A DNA stretch of 64,000 bases from Octopus vulgaris (Eukaryota): positions 16,988,001 through 17,052,000 of the forward strand of contig OX597830.1 of the NCBI GenBank assembly GCA_951406725.2, given 5' to 3'. The notes beneath the pieces were generated by a model that searched no databases, was not told where the DNA came from, and saw only the letters and a program-made list of their open reading frames with translations. Shown here piece by piece: positions 12,726 through 26,110 of this stretch. The position numbers and the translations under genes were made by a program. Positions within the stretch are counted from its first letter, which is position 1. Every line of letters begins with the position of its first letter.

Positions 12726-13764
12726 GAGCACTCCGTCGGTTACGATGACGAGGGTCCCAGCTGATACGATCAACGGAACAGCCTGCTCGTGAAATTAGCG
12801 TGCAAGTGACTGAGCAATCCACAGACACGTGTACCCCTAACATAGTTCTCAGGGTGATTCAGTATGACATGGCCGGCCCTTTGAAAACTCATTTTTGCCA
12901 GCTGAGTGGACTGGAGCAACGTTAAATAAAGTGTCTTGCTCACGGTCACAACGCGTCGCCAGGAATTGAACTCACGACCTTACAATCGTGAGCCAAATGC
13001 CCTAACAACTAAGCTACGTACAACGATTTAGAATTTCCTTTTTGTTGCATATATGATATATATTATTCATACACAAAATATGGGTATCGTTAGTAAACAT
13101 TGAAAAGCGTTGCCCTTGTGTGTATATGCTTACACACAATCACCAAAAATATGGAAAAAAAAGGAGAAAAATTCATTATATTCATGCAGCTTATTTTGAA
13201 AGTTCTTCGAAACCATTTTATCTTTTCAATGGTTAGAAAAGAGGACAAAAAGTTTCAGTCATATGCAAATGAGTGTGCTCACAGACCCCGACGATTTGTT
13301 TCCTCATAACTTTCACAAAAATCGATATTTTCCAATGAAATTTTTCTACAGATATTGTTCAGTCTGTCTAGATACCGATTATATCGGAAATTGTTGTTAA
13401 AATGTTTTCACAGTGGGATGAGGGAGAGAATTTTCGGATAATTCATAATAATCTATTTGTTTCCTCATAACTTTCAGAAAAATAGGTTTTTATTACTGAA
13501 TTTCTTTTACAAATACCTCTCAGATTATATCGGAGTTTAATGTGAAAAAAAAAATTAATTAATATATGGTGGGCGCGCATATATACATACTAACATACAT
13601 CACAATTAGATCTACAAAAGGAAAGTTGAAATTTTGAAAAAATTGTGATGCGCCCACCAGTTTCACTCTTTTCTTTTTCTTTTCTTTTTTTCCACATTAA
13701 ATTTCAATATAATCGTTATCTACACTATGTGAAATGTATTTGTAGAAAATTTTAATTAAAAGTG

Positions 13765-14361
13765 CCAATTTTTCTGAAAGTTTTTAAGAAAAAATAACAT
13801 TGGTTCGTGGGAAATATCCGAAACTTCCCCTCCATCATCTCCCACCGAAATTTTCCTCTTTTTTTTTTTCATCCTTAAATCCTTAAAAATGTTTTAGCCC
13901 GAAGGCTGCGGCCATGCTGGGGCATTCGTAATCTACACGATCTGAAACGTAATTGTAAAAAGTTTTCATTAAAGACTATCCATTTTTCTGAATGCCATGG
14001 GGAAGGTACACTTATGTTAAGTATACTTTAGTTGGGTAACACCTGCGATTCCTCCTTTTGACAAATACTCGACGGAGATCTAGGGCCAATTTTTCTGAAA
14101 TTTTTTAAGAAATAACATTGGTTCATGTGAAATATCCGAAACACCTCCTCTATCATCTCCCACCAAAATTTTCCTAATTTTTTTTTCATACTAAATTCTG
14201 ACATGATCGTAATATACGCCATCTAAAACGTAACTGTAGAAAGTTTTCATTAAAGAATATCCATTTTTCTGAATGCCATGGGGAAGGCACACTTATGTAG
14301 GTATACTTTAATTGGGTAACACCTGCGATTCCTCCTTTTGACAAACACTCGACGGAGATCC
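13765..14361 (+). promoter_or_regulatory. Tandemly duplicated segment immediately upstream of the FAAP20-like ATG (putative promoter)
   Basis: 13927-14079 repeated at 14208-14360 and 13765-13870 at 14086-14190; ends ~55 bp before the ATG; promoter role is inferred from position only. Confidence 0.5.
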
Positions 14362-14415
14362 ATTCACTATTTAATGGGGGTTTTTTCTAGCAGTTGTCTC
14401 CCTTTAGTGTCTGAA

Positions 14416-14552
14416 ATGGCGTCAAAGCGGCAAAAGTTGAAACTTTCAAAACGATCTTCGACCTCGGACTGTAATGACTCAAAACTCGACAGCAGTTCGT
14501 CTACGAAGGATAAAAGCTTTAATGATACTTCATGTAAGAATGATGGCAACAG
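14416..14552 (+). CDS. FAAP20: FAAP20-like gene, coding exon 1 (MASKRQKLKLSKRSS...KNDGN)
   Basis: ATG at 14416 in AAATGGCG context; donor AG|GTATAA at 14553 (phase 2) is compatible with the acceptor at 17703; basic N-terminus resembles human FAAP20 MEAARRPRLGLSRRR (recalled sequence). Confidence 0.75.
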
Positions 14553-15854
14553 GTATAATGATTTCCTTCAACTCTCATAAAGTTATTCATGAAGTTAATG
14601 CCTTTTACGTTCGTTTTCCTTTTAACAAAACAAATTCTTTAAAACATTTGTTGATGACAGCCACTGGAATGGTTCGTGCACCAGACAACATGCTTGGCGG
14701 TATTTCTTCCTGCTTTACGTTTTAAGTTCAAATGCCGCCGAGGTCGACTTTGCCTTTATTTTATTTTTTTGTTTTTCAGGGTCGATAAAATAAGTTCCAG
14801 CCAAGTTCTGGGGTCGATGTAATAGACAACCCATCCCCGCCCACCTCGTAACTGCTGTCCTTTTGCCAAAATTTGAAATCGTTATTACGAAAATTAAGAA
14901 GGTCGAAAAACAAAGGAATAAAATTTTGAAAATGTTTGTTCAGTTTTTAACGTCAGGCCAGCTCTCATTGAGCATACGTATGATCGATCAAAGACGTTCC
15001 AGTCATGCCCAGTCCATTTTTTCCCCTGGTCTACGTTGCTGAATATGTTCTTTTTTTTTTTTTTTTTGCGATCCTTCGGTATAAGTACCGTAAGTGGCTT
15101 TGTTTACATTTCTGAAGATTAACAGAAACCCTTTTCTCCCACCCTTAACCGTAACCCTAACCCTAACCCCCCATATATATATATTAAAAAAAAACACTTT
15201 CTTGAAATGTATCCGGTACATATACCGAAGTTACGCCTTTTTTTTAATGGTAGGATGTGAACTAAGGGGCATTTAGCTGCTACATCTAGCAGGTGGAGCG
15301 ACCACGAAGGGACCCCCGACATAGTGTTGAGTAAAAGGCAAGCTTCCTACGTTGAAGTCGGTTCTTGTGCCGATAAATACCCAGGAAAATTTTAAACGTT
15401 GCACCCGTTCAATTTTCCTTTGTAAATATATATATATTTATAGTTGTTAATCTCATAACCCTCTTAGATATTTAGAACCCTACTGAAGATTTTGTTTTCT
15501 TAAACTAATTCATGGCGAAAATAGATTTCACCCTCACCGTCTCATATAAAGGGGAATAACTCTGGAATATCTAAGTTATGCTCTATAAAAAGTAATGATT
15601 TCCCCCACTTTACGGTTGTCTCAGGTTACGGAATTTCCCTCAGGGAAATTGTAACGTATGGCTAATAAATTCGAAATATGGTTATGTAATTTCACTCTTG
15701 CGGAAACTTGGATGAAGTTTGACAACTTAAAAACTTCTTGGTGTTTTAGTTAAGATGAAAGTTTAGCTAACACTTGGAAAAGTATAATGACGATACACAC
15801 GTTCACACACAAGTGTCTTTTATGTTTTCTTTGGTCACAATGAGTGTCTATCTC

Positions 15855-15966
15855 CGTTTCCCCAAGACACCTGATGAAGGCTGGAGGGTATATCAGCCGC
15901 AAGATGATGATAAATATCAGTCGAATGTAAATAATGTTCATAATTCCCCATTTCTTAAATATAGAA
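15855..15966 (+). mobile_element. Deleted copy of the same hammerhead/pLTR family as 63364-63614
   Basis: GACAC CTGATGA A GGCTG GAGGGTATAT CAGCC G, then deletion of AAACGTTGTGTT...; downstream tcgaatgtaaataatgt...cttaaatatagaa is shared. Confidence 0.65.
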
Positions 15967-16949
15967 ATGAAATTGCTTATACTTCTACAATACTCAAAAT
16001 ATTTTAATTCTTTTTCTTTACAATTCCTAATATTTAATTACAAAAAGACAGCAGTATTTTATTTTTATATACATCGAATGGCTACGGAGGTCCAGTAGAG
16101 TAAAATTGGAAACAAAGGGGTCCATAGGCAAAAAATGGTCGGGAAACACTAATGTAGAGGCTCTGTCGGTTGGACATGATTGGGGGTGGCACATGATCGG
16201 CCAACCCTAAAGAGCAGGGACCACATTGCAATAGAAATACAGTGAGAAGACATCTGTGGGCTTGAGGTTTGAATGTGGTAACGAGTAAATTCACGATGAT
16301 TAGTCAGAGGCCTTTTCTAGATGCAGTCTAGGATGTCTGTATGTGTAACAGCCATGTCTTGTAAGTTCACCATCATCAATTCACTGCAGTTTTTCACTAT
16401 TAATGGCGAGATACTATGGATATATTTTCATGGTAAACTTTCCTCACAGTGAACTCATTTGTAATCGTAATAGCAGTAGTATTGTTCCAGACAAGGGAGA
16501 AGTATTACATGGGTTTCACTGGAGGGTTTGTAATTGTTAGGAACTGACCCTGAAGATGAAGTTCAGTATATGTTGAGGATCTAACATCAACAGGGGAGAC
16601 CATTAGTGATGAGGTCTAGCATTTGCAGAGGGTATGACTGTTCTAGCTGCATAGGGTTAATGTTTAGGTGGGAAAAGGACACAATGTTGTTTTCTTGACA
16701 TGTGTAATGATTAAGTTTTTGTTTTATTGAATGAAATAACATTGACATGAATTATAGGAGAATTGTTTTGAAGTTTCTGTTCATAGGTTCAGTGAGTGTA
16801 TAAGGTGTTTATATTGCATGTTAAATACGAGTGACAGTGAGTATCATATTTATAGGAGTGGCTGTTGTTGGCTGTGAATTCAGCTAAGTCAATCATGTAT
16901 TGAAGAAAAAGTTTAGGGGACAAAAGTGAACCTTGGTCATAGACGAGTT

Positions 16950-17440
16950 GATAGAGCAGCACAAAGAGAACTCTGTAGGGTCTCACTGCAATTGTGACAT
17001 TTTTCTAGAAGCTACTAATCTAAGAGATGAGAGAGAGAGAGATACAAAGCTCATAGGTAGGCAATTTAGACCTAGGATACATGTGTTCCAGACAAGGGTC
17101 AATACTTTATTGATGTCAAATGCAACAACATACTTTCAAAAAATTTCTTGAAAGCAAAGACCCACTAGTGAGTGACATAGCAGAGTAGGTCTCCAATAGA
17201 TTCGGCTTGTTGGGAGCCTTATTGGTAGCCGTTAGAGAGAAAAATGGATTCAAAGTGTTGATAATATGACTGCTAATCACTGTTCCCATCATGTTTGAGA
17301 GATGGTTGGGGTCAGAAAGGTTATTTTTCTTTAAAATGAGACATACTGTAGTGTTTTTCCAAAGATCAGGATGGATCCCTGCCAAAAGATTGAAGATTGG
17401 GGTTAACTCTAGAATGAATTGTCTGAGGGTATTTGAAAAG
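16950..17440 (-). mobile_element. Highly decayed LINE RT fragment
   Basis: GIHPDLWKNTTVCLILKKNNLSDP and a downstream DI.KV.D..W-like remnant. Confidence 0.55.
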
Positions 17441-17702
17441 AAATAATCAAGCTTGTAACTTTGTTTGTTTGAAGCAGTTGAAAGGTATTTTTGCATTTAT
17501 ACCAATAATTATTGGTGCACTTAATCATGTTAGTAAATCTTTAAGTGACAATCTTGAAAAACTAAAGTTCTCAAACAAAGTGACCAGCTAATATGAACTA
17601 ATATAAACTTTTCAAATATTATCTGTAAGTAGGACAACAAAAATATACAAGAGTTTTCTTAAGTTCAATGTGATTGATAAAATATTATTTTTTGTTTTTC
17701 AG

Positions 17703-17817
17703 TTCTTTTACATCTAATGGCAGACAAAATGATATTTTCAAGAAGTTACGGCAGCAGCTACAAGATCTTCATGCTAATGTGCAGCCACCTCAGTTCTCTA
17801 AATTCCCAGTTTTCAAG
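17703..17817 (+). CDS. FAAP20: FAAP20-like gene, coding exon 2 (SSFTSNGRQNDIFKKLRQQLQDLHANVQPPQFSKFPVFK)
   Basis: Strong pyrimidine tract ttttttgtttttcAG; phase 2 in, phase 0 out (AAG|GTCACA, weak donor); helix followed by PxFxxFP resembles human LWAELLR...PSLPAFP. Confidence 0.7.
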
Positions 17818-18990
17818 GTCACAGAGATCTTTCTTTTTAATATTTTCAAAAGTGTTACAAGGATGGCAAGCTAGCAGAATTGTTAGCATGCCAGGCAAAA
17901 TTCTTAACATTTTATCTGTCTTTATGTTCTGAGTTCAAATTCTGCTGAGGCCAACTTTACCTGTCATCTTTTGGGGGGTTAATAAAATAAGTACCAGTTG
18001 TGCACTGGGATCGATGTAATCAACTTAACTTCTCCTGGGTAAGAGTATAAAAAACTGTATCCCTCTGCCAAGCCATGTTGAGCCAGTGTGGCAGAATGGG
18101 CTCATAAAACCAGTTACATCTCAAGCCATTCTATGGTGGAAAGAACATGCTGAGGCCTTCGTCTTGCAGTGGACCGTCATTCCTAAAATTACTGGCCTTG
18201 TGCCAAAATTTGAAATAAGACACAGATGTGGCTGTGTGGTTAAGAAGCTTGCTTTGCAACCATGTAATTTTGGGTTCAGTCCTTATGTATATATGTATGT
18301 GTGTGTGTTTGTGTGTACCCTTGTCTTGACATCACATGATGGTTGCAAACTAGTGTCACCATCACACAAGAGATTTCCAGTTTTCTGTGAAAAACACATC
18401 TGGTTATAGGGAAACATTACTTTGCTTGGAAACATTGGAAGGCTAGCGACAGGAAGGGCATTCAGCCACAGAAAAGCTACCTCAACAAATTCTGCATGGA
18501 AAACTGGACAATTAAACGATGATGATAATGATGAAACTCTGCTTAGACTTTTCAGTGGTCAGAGTAAAGGGCAAACATTTTTGACTTTATTTTAGCATTT
18601 AAACTGGCCATATCCAGACTAAATTTGTTTTATGTTCAGATTGGCCAGATTTGGCATCTCATGCCTACCCTACAATGTTATTCTAAAATTACACAATCAA
18701 CGTCATTGAAATCTCAAACCTACAAGACAATGCATGAGTAATTCAAAACAATATGGATACATGAATATTACATTTGACAAAGTAATCTGAATGCTAAAGG
18801 GTTGGCACCTTATCTCATAGAACCCCATAAATTTTTTCTTGTAACTGAGAGGTTTCAAAGAACTCATTTGAGGGAACTCTGTTCCAAGAATCATATACTA
18901 ATGTGACTGCAGTTGACTATAACCTTTCACTATAGTGTGGATGTATGCCAGTGTGAAATATATATATTTCTTTGCCATACACCATTGTGA

Positions 18991-19323
18991 AGGTGCATGG
19001 CTCAGTGGTTAGAGTGTCGAGCTTACAATCGTGAGGTTGTGAGTTTGAATCCCAGACTGGGCTGCGTGTTGTGTTCTTGAGCAAGACAATTTATTTCACG
19101 TTGCTCCAGTTCACTCAGCTGTAAGAATGAGTTGCGACGTCACAGGTGCCAAGCTGTATCGGCCCCTTTGCCTTTCCCTTGGATAACACTGGTGGCGTGG
19201 AGAGGGGAGGTCGGTATGCATGGGCGACTGCTTGTCTTCCATAAATAACCTTGCCTGGACTTGTGCCTGGAAGGGTAACTTTCTAGGTGCAATCCCACGG
19301 TCAGTCATGACCAAAGGGGGTCT
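18991..19323 (+). mobile_element. tRNA-derived SINE, third family (related heads at 12723-13017 minus, 27597-27908 minus, 56275-56575 plus)
   Basis: tggctcagtggttagag A box, gagtttgaatccc B box, ttgagcaagaca...ttgctccagt.cactcagctg...aatgagt central domain. Confidence 0.8.
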
Positions 19324-21082
19324 CAACGCCATTTTCTTACCTAAATAATATTTACGACTAGAACATTTTATTTTTCATACTTTCTTGAATCAGTGGTTAA
19401 AGTAGCCGAATCTTCTCATTTGCAATGTTTACATATTCTAATGGATAACAAGGCAATCAACATAAAGAACATTCCCCTTCATCAGTTGTCCCTGTTTCAT
19501 CTACACCGTGTTTCGAAGACAAGGACAATACGCAACTTCGTTGAAACAGTCCTTCCCGCAAACCACTTCAAATATTATTTAAGCAAGTTTAAACCATTTA
19601 CCATTTTTGTGGCACCCCACTTCCTTTGATGCCTTAAGCATGTGTTTATTTTGCTTAATGGTTAACCCAGTGCTGCAAGTCATATTCTCATGCAAGTAAC
19701 ATTGTAGTTTTATATATTTGCTACTCAATCTGCAGACCATCCTTAACCCACCCTTTCGTTACTATGTTTCTGACCAAAATACGCCCCTCATGAGTTTCAA
19801 TTAAATTCTAAAATAATCATAAATTTAGACTAGTTTCATTAAACAACTGTAACTTTTTTACTTGTCCACATATTAATGTGATATTTGGAACATAATTGAA
19901 GAAAGGGTTCTTAATCAATTATTGCATAATTTTTGTCTCAAAGTGACTCTAATTATAGGTAAATCCAGGTAAACTGAGCAAAAGGTAAAAATATTAAAAT
20001 TTTGTTTAAGTCTTCAATTACTGTGTGTTTACTCAAGCAGGCTTGATCATGTTAAATGAATAACAATAACAACAGTATCTCTATGACTTCACTCATTATC
20101 TTATCTTCTAATTAGCCCCATGCAACCTAAATGAACTTTACTATAATAATAAAAATTTTACTATTGAGCCTAGTTCATCTCTAGAGAAAATACAATGTTA
20201 TCCTTTGATGCATTTCACCTCGAGTAATGAATGTATATTAATTAGGTACAACTTCTTTCACTTGATGCCAAATTTTGTCTCTTATGGGCTTTCAAGTTTC
20301 TATCAAATCTCAACTTAACTTTCAATCATCATCATCATCATCATCGTCCGTTTTCCATGCTGGTATGGGTTGGACAGCTTGACAGGAACTGGCAAGGCCA
20401 GGATCTGCACCAGGTTCCACAGTCTGTTTTGGCTTGGCTTCTACAGTTAGATGCCCTTCCTAATGCCAACCACTTTACAGAGGGTACTGGGTGCTTTTTA
20501 GGCAGCCCCAGCACCCATCCCAGTGCTTTCTATGTGGTACCTTGGTTTTAAGATCTCAATTCTGTTGTGGTGGGTTAGGCACATCATTTATAGGTACAAG
20601 CATGGATATGTGGTTAGGAAGATCACTTTGCAATCATGGGGTTTTGGGATTTGGTGACACTGTGCAGCACCATGGGCAATTGTCTTTTATTGAAGCTAAC
20701 CAACATCTCATGAGTGAATTTGGTAGACAGAAAACTGTGGAAGTCCATTGTAGAGATGTGTGTATGTGTCTGTGTTTATCTCCCCACCACAACTGGTGTT
20801 GGTTTGTTTATATTCCTATAATTTATTAGTTTGGCAAAAGAAACTGATAGAAAAAATAAGTTCTGATGTCAATTTATTCGATTAAACCTTTTAAGGCAGT
20901 GCCCCAACATGGTCGCACTCCAGTAACTAAAACAATTAAAATATAAAAGAGCATCACCATTTTCATATGCTAATGCATCAACACTAATTAAAATATTTAC
21001 AGTCTCCAATACGGGATTGCTTTGTTTTTGTTCTCATATGACAACTTATTTCTTTTCTCTTTTTTTTTTTTTAATTCTGAAG

Positions 21083-21329
21083 GTTAATAATGTTGAATGC
21101 AGTCATAATGAAGTGTTGAATAATTATGAATCGAAATGGACACCGTTTCCGGAATTCTGTTCCAACTGTGCTACAGATGTTCATTGTGGAATCACAGATC
21201 AACTAAATACTGGTTCTTCTGAAACAAATGATGCTTGTACCTTTTCACAACTTATCAATCATTTTCACCAAGAACATTTAAATAACAACCAATCAAATTG
21301 CATTGAAAAACTATCAAATTTCAAGCCAG
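21083..21329 (+). CDS. FAAP20: FAAP20-like gene, coding exon 3 (VNNVEC...KWTPFPEF...NFKP)
   Basis: Long T tract + AG acceptor, phase 0; donor CAG|GTAAAG, phase 1; WTPFP at 21137-21151 is identical to the human FAAP20 motif in the FANCA-interacting region. Confidence 0.85.
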
Positions 21330-22277
21330 GTAAAGATGTGCTACTAATAATTACGATGTAGATGAAATAGACAGTTTCTGTTACCTAGGCAACAACATTT
21401 TTTTCTGTTATAAATACTGATAACAAAGTGACTCAGGGCCAATGGTAGAGTAATCCTTTAGCATTCAAATTGGTCATGTCCAGCAAAATTATTCAGCCTG
21501 TTTTGTGTTCAAACTGGCCACATCTGGCCTCTTACACCTACACAACAATGTCATTTTAAAAACAATCACATCATTGAAATCTCAAAGCTACAAGGTATTG
21601 AGTGATTAATTCAAAATAATGTGAATAAATAAGTATTACATTTGACAGAGTTAATTTGAATGTGAAAGGGTTAAGCTACTCTGGCAGTAATCGTTTTAAA
21701 AGCAGTTTAGGATAGGGTTTGTGTGTGTGTGTGTTGGTAGGAAAGAGGGAAAACTGCAAGGGTTTATGCTTTCATCGTTCGTTCATCGTCATCATCGTTT
21801 AATGTCTGCTTTCCATGCTAGCATGTGTTGGATGATTTGACAGGTCTGGCGAACCAGATGGCTGCACCAGACTCCAATCTGATCTGGCAGAGTTTCTACA
21901 GCTGGATGCCCTTCCTAACGCCAACCACTCCAAGAGTGTAGTGGGTGCTTTTACATGCCACCGGCACGAGGGCCAGTCAGGCGGTACTGGCAACGGCCTC
22001 CCGACCTATAACTGGGTACTGAATGCATCTGATAACAAAAAAAATAAATAAATAAACCCTGACATTTAAGCTAAAATCAGACCTGATCATATTTCAAAGA
22101 ATTCAGAGTGACAAGCTGAATTATAGCCTGAACTATTGACAGTCAGCTTAAAATGTTACGTATTCAATGTGAAAAAGATGAAATATAAGTAAGGAATTAT
22201 TCTTCTACCTTTGAATATCAGACTTCTATTACAAGGGAACTAGACTAGTAGATATGATGTTTTTTTTTTTTTTGTTC

Positions 22278-22553
22278 CTTCTTGAGCCATGCCTGGCTCA
22301 TAAGGTCCGGTTTCTTGGTGTATAGGTTACCCACCTGGACGGGACGCCGGTCCGTCGCAAGTGAGCTGCAAGGTGCAGGAGGAAAGAGTGAGAGAAAGTT
22401 GTGGCGAAAGAGTCAGCAGAGGTTTCGCCATTACTTTCTGCCGGAGCCATGGTGTTTCGCTCATAAACACACACATTGTCCAGTCTGAGATTCGAACCCG
22501 CAATCCCTCGACCGCGAGTCCACTGCTCTAACCACTAGGCCATGTGCCTCCAC
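22278..22553 (-). mobile_element. tRNA-derived SINE with poly-A tail
   Basis: Minus strand tggcctagtggttagagc...gggttcgaatctc A/B boxes; T run at 22260-22273. Confidence 0.75.
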
Positions 22554-22881
22554 AGATATGATATTGGACAACAAACATAAATTCTTGCATTCAAGTCCTC
22601 TACAGGTTTCATTTTATATTTGTATTTGATTTTGCATAAATCACTTCACATAATTGTTGGAATAAGGTATCAGCTTTTTTGAGAATGTTACCTGACGTAA
22701 TTATTCCTCTCATCTACTTAGTGTTATAAAAGAGCATAAGAGACGTTTACATTAAACATCTTGTGCAGTTTGATTCTGCATCAATTCTATAATATTTTTA
22801 CACCTGAAGAACTTGCTCAGTGCTAACCCCTATGAGATGTATCACACTAATGTACAGGTGAGTATATAAATTTATCAAATA

Positions 22882-23213
22882 CTAGCACTATGACCCGGCA
22901 TATACAGCTGCGTGCGCACATACACACAAGTACTGTCCAAATCTCCGACCGATCACATACAGCTAGCTGGCATTCAATTGGTGTATCAAGCTTCGGGCAT
23001 TTTGATTGGGTTTTGGATAGAAAATTCACAAAAAAGTCACTTCTATTGATTTTTTAATGGCTTTGCGGGGTGACTGGGGAAATGTAAAGATGTGCACGAC
23101 CACCCTTGGACGGTTTTGAATGACCATAGAAAGTGCGAGCCCTCTAACTGAAAAATTGTGGATTTGTATAAAGGACACACACGCAGATATTTTACTGTTT
23201 ATATAAAGAGAGA
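22882..23213 (-). mobile_element. Non-autonomous Helitron (same family as 34081 and 53569), one hairpin arm deleted
   Basis: Reverse complement of 34081-34449; TC start, CTAG end, inserted at A|T. Confidence 0.85.
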
Positions 23214-23562
23214 TGAACGATGGTAAATAAAAGTTATAGGAAATAGAAGAAAACAATATGAAATGCATTTCTTTATGGTTTCATATCCGAGCTTAACATA
23301 ACAAATAGTATTTCTTACTTGTATGATTATATGCATTACAAATATATCATAAACCTCCCATTTGTGTGTATACACCAGAATATTTGTTCTGTATATGTGG
23401 CTTTAAACATTTTGTTTCCTGATGTGGTGACAGCAGCCCTCAGTGGACAACTCTAAGCTAGATATGTTTGCTGTCCATCACAACTGCATGTAGATAAATT
23501 TGTCTGAATTTATAGAACCATCACAAACAGATGTAGCAACCTGTGGTTCTCAGCCTTTTAAG

Positions 23563-23597
<35 letters not shown>

Positions 23598-24229
23598 TTA
23601 GCATCCGCTTTCCATGCTAGCATGGGTTGGACGGTTCAACTGGGGTCTGGGGAGCCCGAAGGCTGCACCAGGCCAGTCAGATCTGGCAGTGTTTCTACAG
23701 CTGGATGCCCTTCCTAACGCCAACCACTCCGAGAGTGTAGTGGGTGATTTTATGTGCCACCGACACAGGTGCCAGACGAGGCTGGCGAACGGCCACGCTC
23801 GGATGGTGTTTTTTATGTGCCACCGACACAGGTGCCAGACGAGGCTGGCGCGAATGGTATATATAATATCTTTTCCGTAGCATACTAATAAGGTTTTGTA
23901 ACGTGATTTTTAGGTCTGACTATTAATTTTAACAATTTCAAGTCTTAGTGCTGATGATGGTACCACATGAAAAACACTGGTGATGGTACCATGTAAAAAG
24001 TACTGGTGCTGGTACCATGTAAAAAGTACTGGTGCTGGTGCCACATGAAAAGCACCCAGAATTCTGTGCAAAGTGGTTGGCAATAGGAAGGGCATCCAGC
24101 TGTAGTAACTATGCTGAAACAGAATAGAACCTGGTGCAGCTCCTGTTAAACCATCCAACTCATGCCAACATAACTGTATTACATATGGTATTACATATGG
24201 TAAATTGATGTTCCCTAATTTATATTAAA

Positions 24230-24237
<8 letters not shown>

Positions 24238-24265
<28 letters not shown>

Positions 24266-24620
24266 TGTGTACAGTGCTCAGGTGCACTACAACTCATCTA
24301 AAGTGTATATATAATCAGGTGTAGTTTCGGCGGATTTCGGAAAGCATGAGGGCCTTAAAGGATGCAGTGTCATGGCAGTCAACAACTGACGCAGGCAGTT
24401 TATTCCATGCTTCAGCAACTCTGAGCGTGAAAAAATGTTTCCGAAAGTCATGGGAGCTGTGTTGTTTTCTGACTTTGTAGGCATGTCCACGTGTGTTAGA
24501 CACATGGAGATCAAAAAGGTGTTCAGTGTTGTTGTTGGTGAGGTGGTTGATAACTCTGTGGGTGTTCACCAAGTCCGTCGCCAGACGCCGGAGCTTCAGT
24601 GAATCCATGCCCAGGGAAAC
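24238..24620 (-). mobile_element. CR1/L2-group LINE 3' end with (TTA)n tail
   Basis: LKLRRL..DL...TRGH..K...FFTLRVAEAWNKLP C-terminal signature. Confidence 0.85.
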
Positions 24621-25227
24621 ATCATAAGGTCTACTGCTAGAAAAGAGTAGCCCATGCCTGATTTAACCAATAGGCAAGCAAATGTTAATATATTCTAATG
24701 ATTTAAGGCAGCAAGCTGGCAGAAACATTAGCATGCCAGGCAAAATGCTTAGCAACGTTTTGTCCATCTTTACATTCTGAGTTCAATTTCTGCTGAAGTC
24801 AGCTTTGCGTTTCATCCTTTTGGGGGTTGATAAAATGAATACCAATTGAGCCCTGGGGGTCAAATGTATATGACTTATCCCTTCCCCCAAACTTGCTGGC
24901 CTTGTGCCAAAATTTGAAAGCAATATACTTTCATGGTTTGACAAGCTCTACAGAGTAAATTTCCATTTAGCTGAGTCTGTACCCCTTTTTAACTAGAAAG
25001 TTTTATTATTTTTAAGTATGTTTAAATTTAAGGTTAATGATATGAATATACATGTTATTAATTAAGTAAAATAAAGGAATTTGGCAAAAGGGGTTGTAAC
25101 TACATCATTTTATTGTTACCCCATAAGTACATGTACAATGTACAGTTTCAATTCCCACTTTCTTATAAGTTTGGTATCTTGTAATTATATTGCCCCGAAA
25201 TTTCATGTTAATGTTTGTTTCTAAAAG

Positions 25228-25477
25228 GTACACCTCACCAACGCAGTTTACTTGATGTGAAGAAACCAGATTGTATGATTAGTCCTGATCTCTTCACTTG
25301 TCAATCACCAGTGGAACCAAAGCCAATTGTCAACAAAGAAACTAATGGCAAAGCAGTGGCAAAGACCTTATTTCCTTTGCCTAATGCTCAAAACAGCAGT
25401 TCATCAGACAATAACCAACAGGGGGAATCTTCATTGATCAAACAATGTCCAATCTGTCAGGAAGTTTTCTCACCTCA
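25228..25477 (+). CDS. FAAP20: FAAP20-like gene, coding exon 4 (GTPHQRSLL...CPICQEVFSP)
   Basis: Acceptor ctaaaAG, phase 1; consensus donor CA|GTAAGT, phase 2; encodes the first half (CxxC) of a UBZ finger. Confidence 0.88.
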
Positions 25478-25699
25478 GTAAGTATGGATTTATTACAGCA
25501 TACACAATGTTAATTTAAACGGGCATGTCTAATTTAGCAGGGAAACAGGATTGTGGGTGTTCATCTGGTTGTACAGAAGACATGACTATCATGAACAAAT
25601 ATTATCAAGAAGCTATCTGTTATCTGTGAGAGATATATGTTCAATCTTCTTTAAAAGCACACTGTGTGTATGTATAACAAAACAATACAACTTGTACAA

Positions 25700-26110
25700 C
25701 AGCGAGCTGGCAGAAACGTTAGCACAACAGGCGAACTACTTAGCGGTATTTCGTCTGCCGTTACGTTCAGAGTTCAAATTCCACCAAGGTCTACTTTGCC
25801 TTTCATCCTTTCGGGGTCGATAAATTAAGTACCAGTTACGCACTGGGGTCGATGTAATCGACTTAATCCCTTTGTCTATCCTTGTTTGTCCCCTCTGTGT
25901 TTAGCCCCTTGTGGGTAGTAAAGAAATAGGTATTTCGTCTGCCCCTACATTCTGAGTTCAAATTCTGCCGAGGTCGACTTTGCCTTTCATCCTTTCGGGG
26001 TCGATAAATTAAGTACCAGTTACACACTAGAGTCGTTGTAATCGACTTAATTCCTTTGTCTGTCCTTTGTCTCCTCTGTGTGTAGCCCCTTGTGGGCAAT
26101 AAAGAAATAA
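25700..26110 (+). mobile_element. Meta/MESC-domain-like SINE with duplicated 3' part; other copies ~11434, 14675, 17865, 24706, 60615, 60836 (plus) and ~38210-38520, 40275-40710, 46940-47153 (minus)
   Basis: gagctggcagaa..gttagc head, gagttcaaattc B box, gtcgactttgcctttcatcctttcggggtcgataaattaagtaccag central domain. Confidence 0.8.

Noticed and set aside
14534-14539. Alternative donor T|GTAAGA for FAAP20 exon 1
   Set aside because: Phase 1, incompatible with the phase-2 acceptor at 17703; not used in the model, though minor use cannot be excluded
18991-19065. tRNA gene (also 30963-31030, 22480-22553, 56275-56345)
   Set aside because: tRNA-like A/B-box heads continue into multi-copy SINE bodies; no proper acceptor stem
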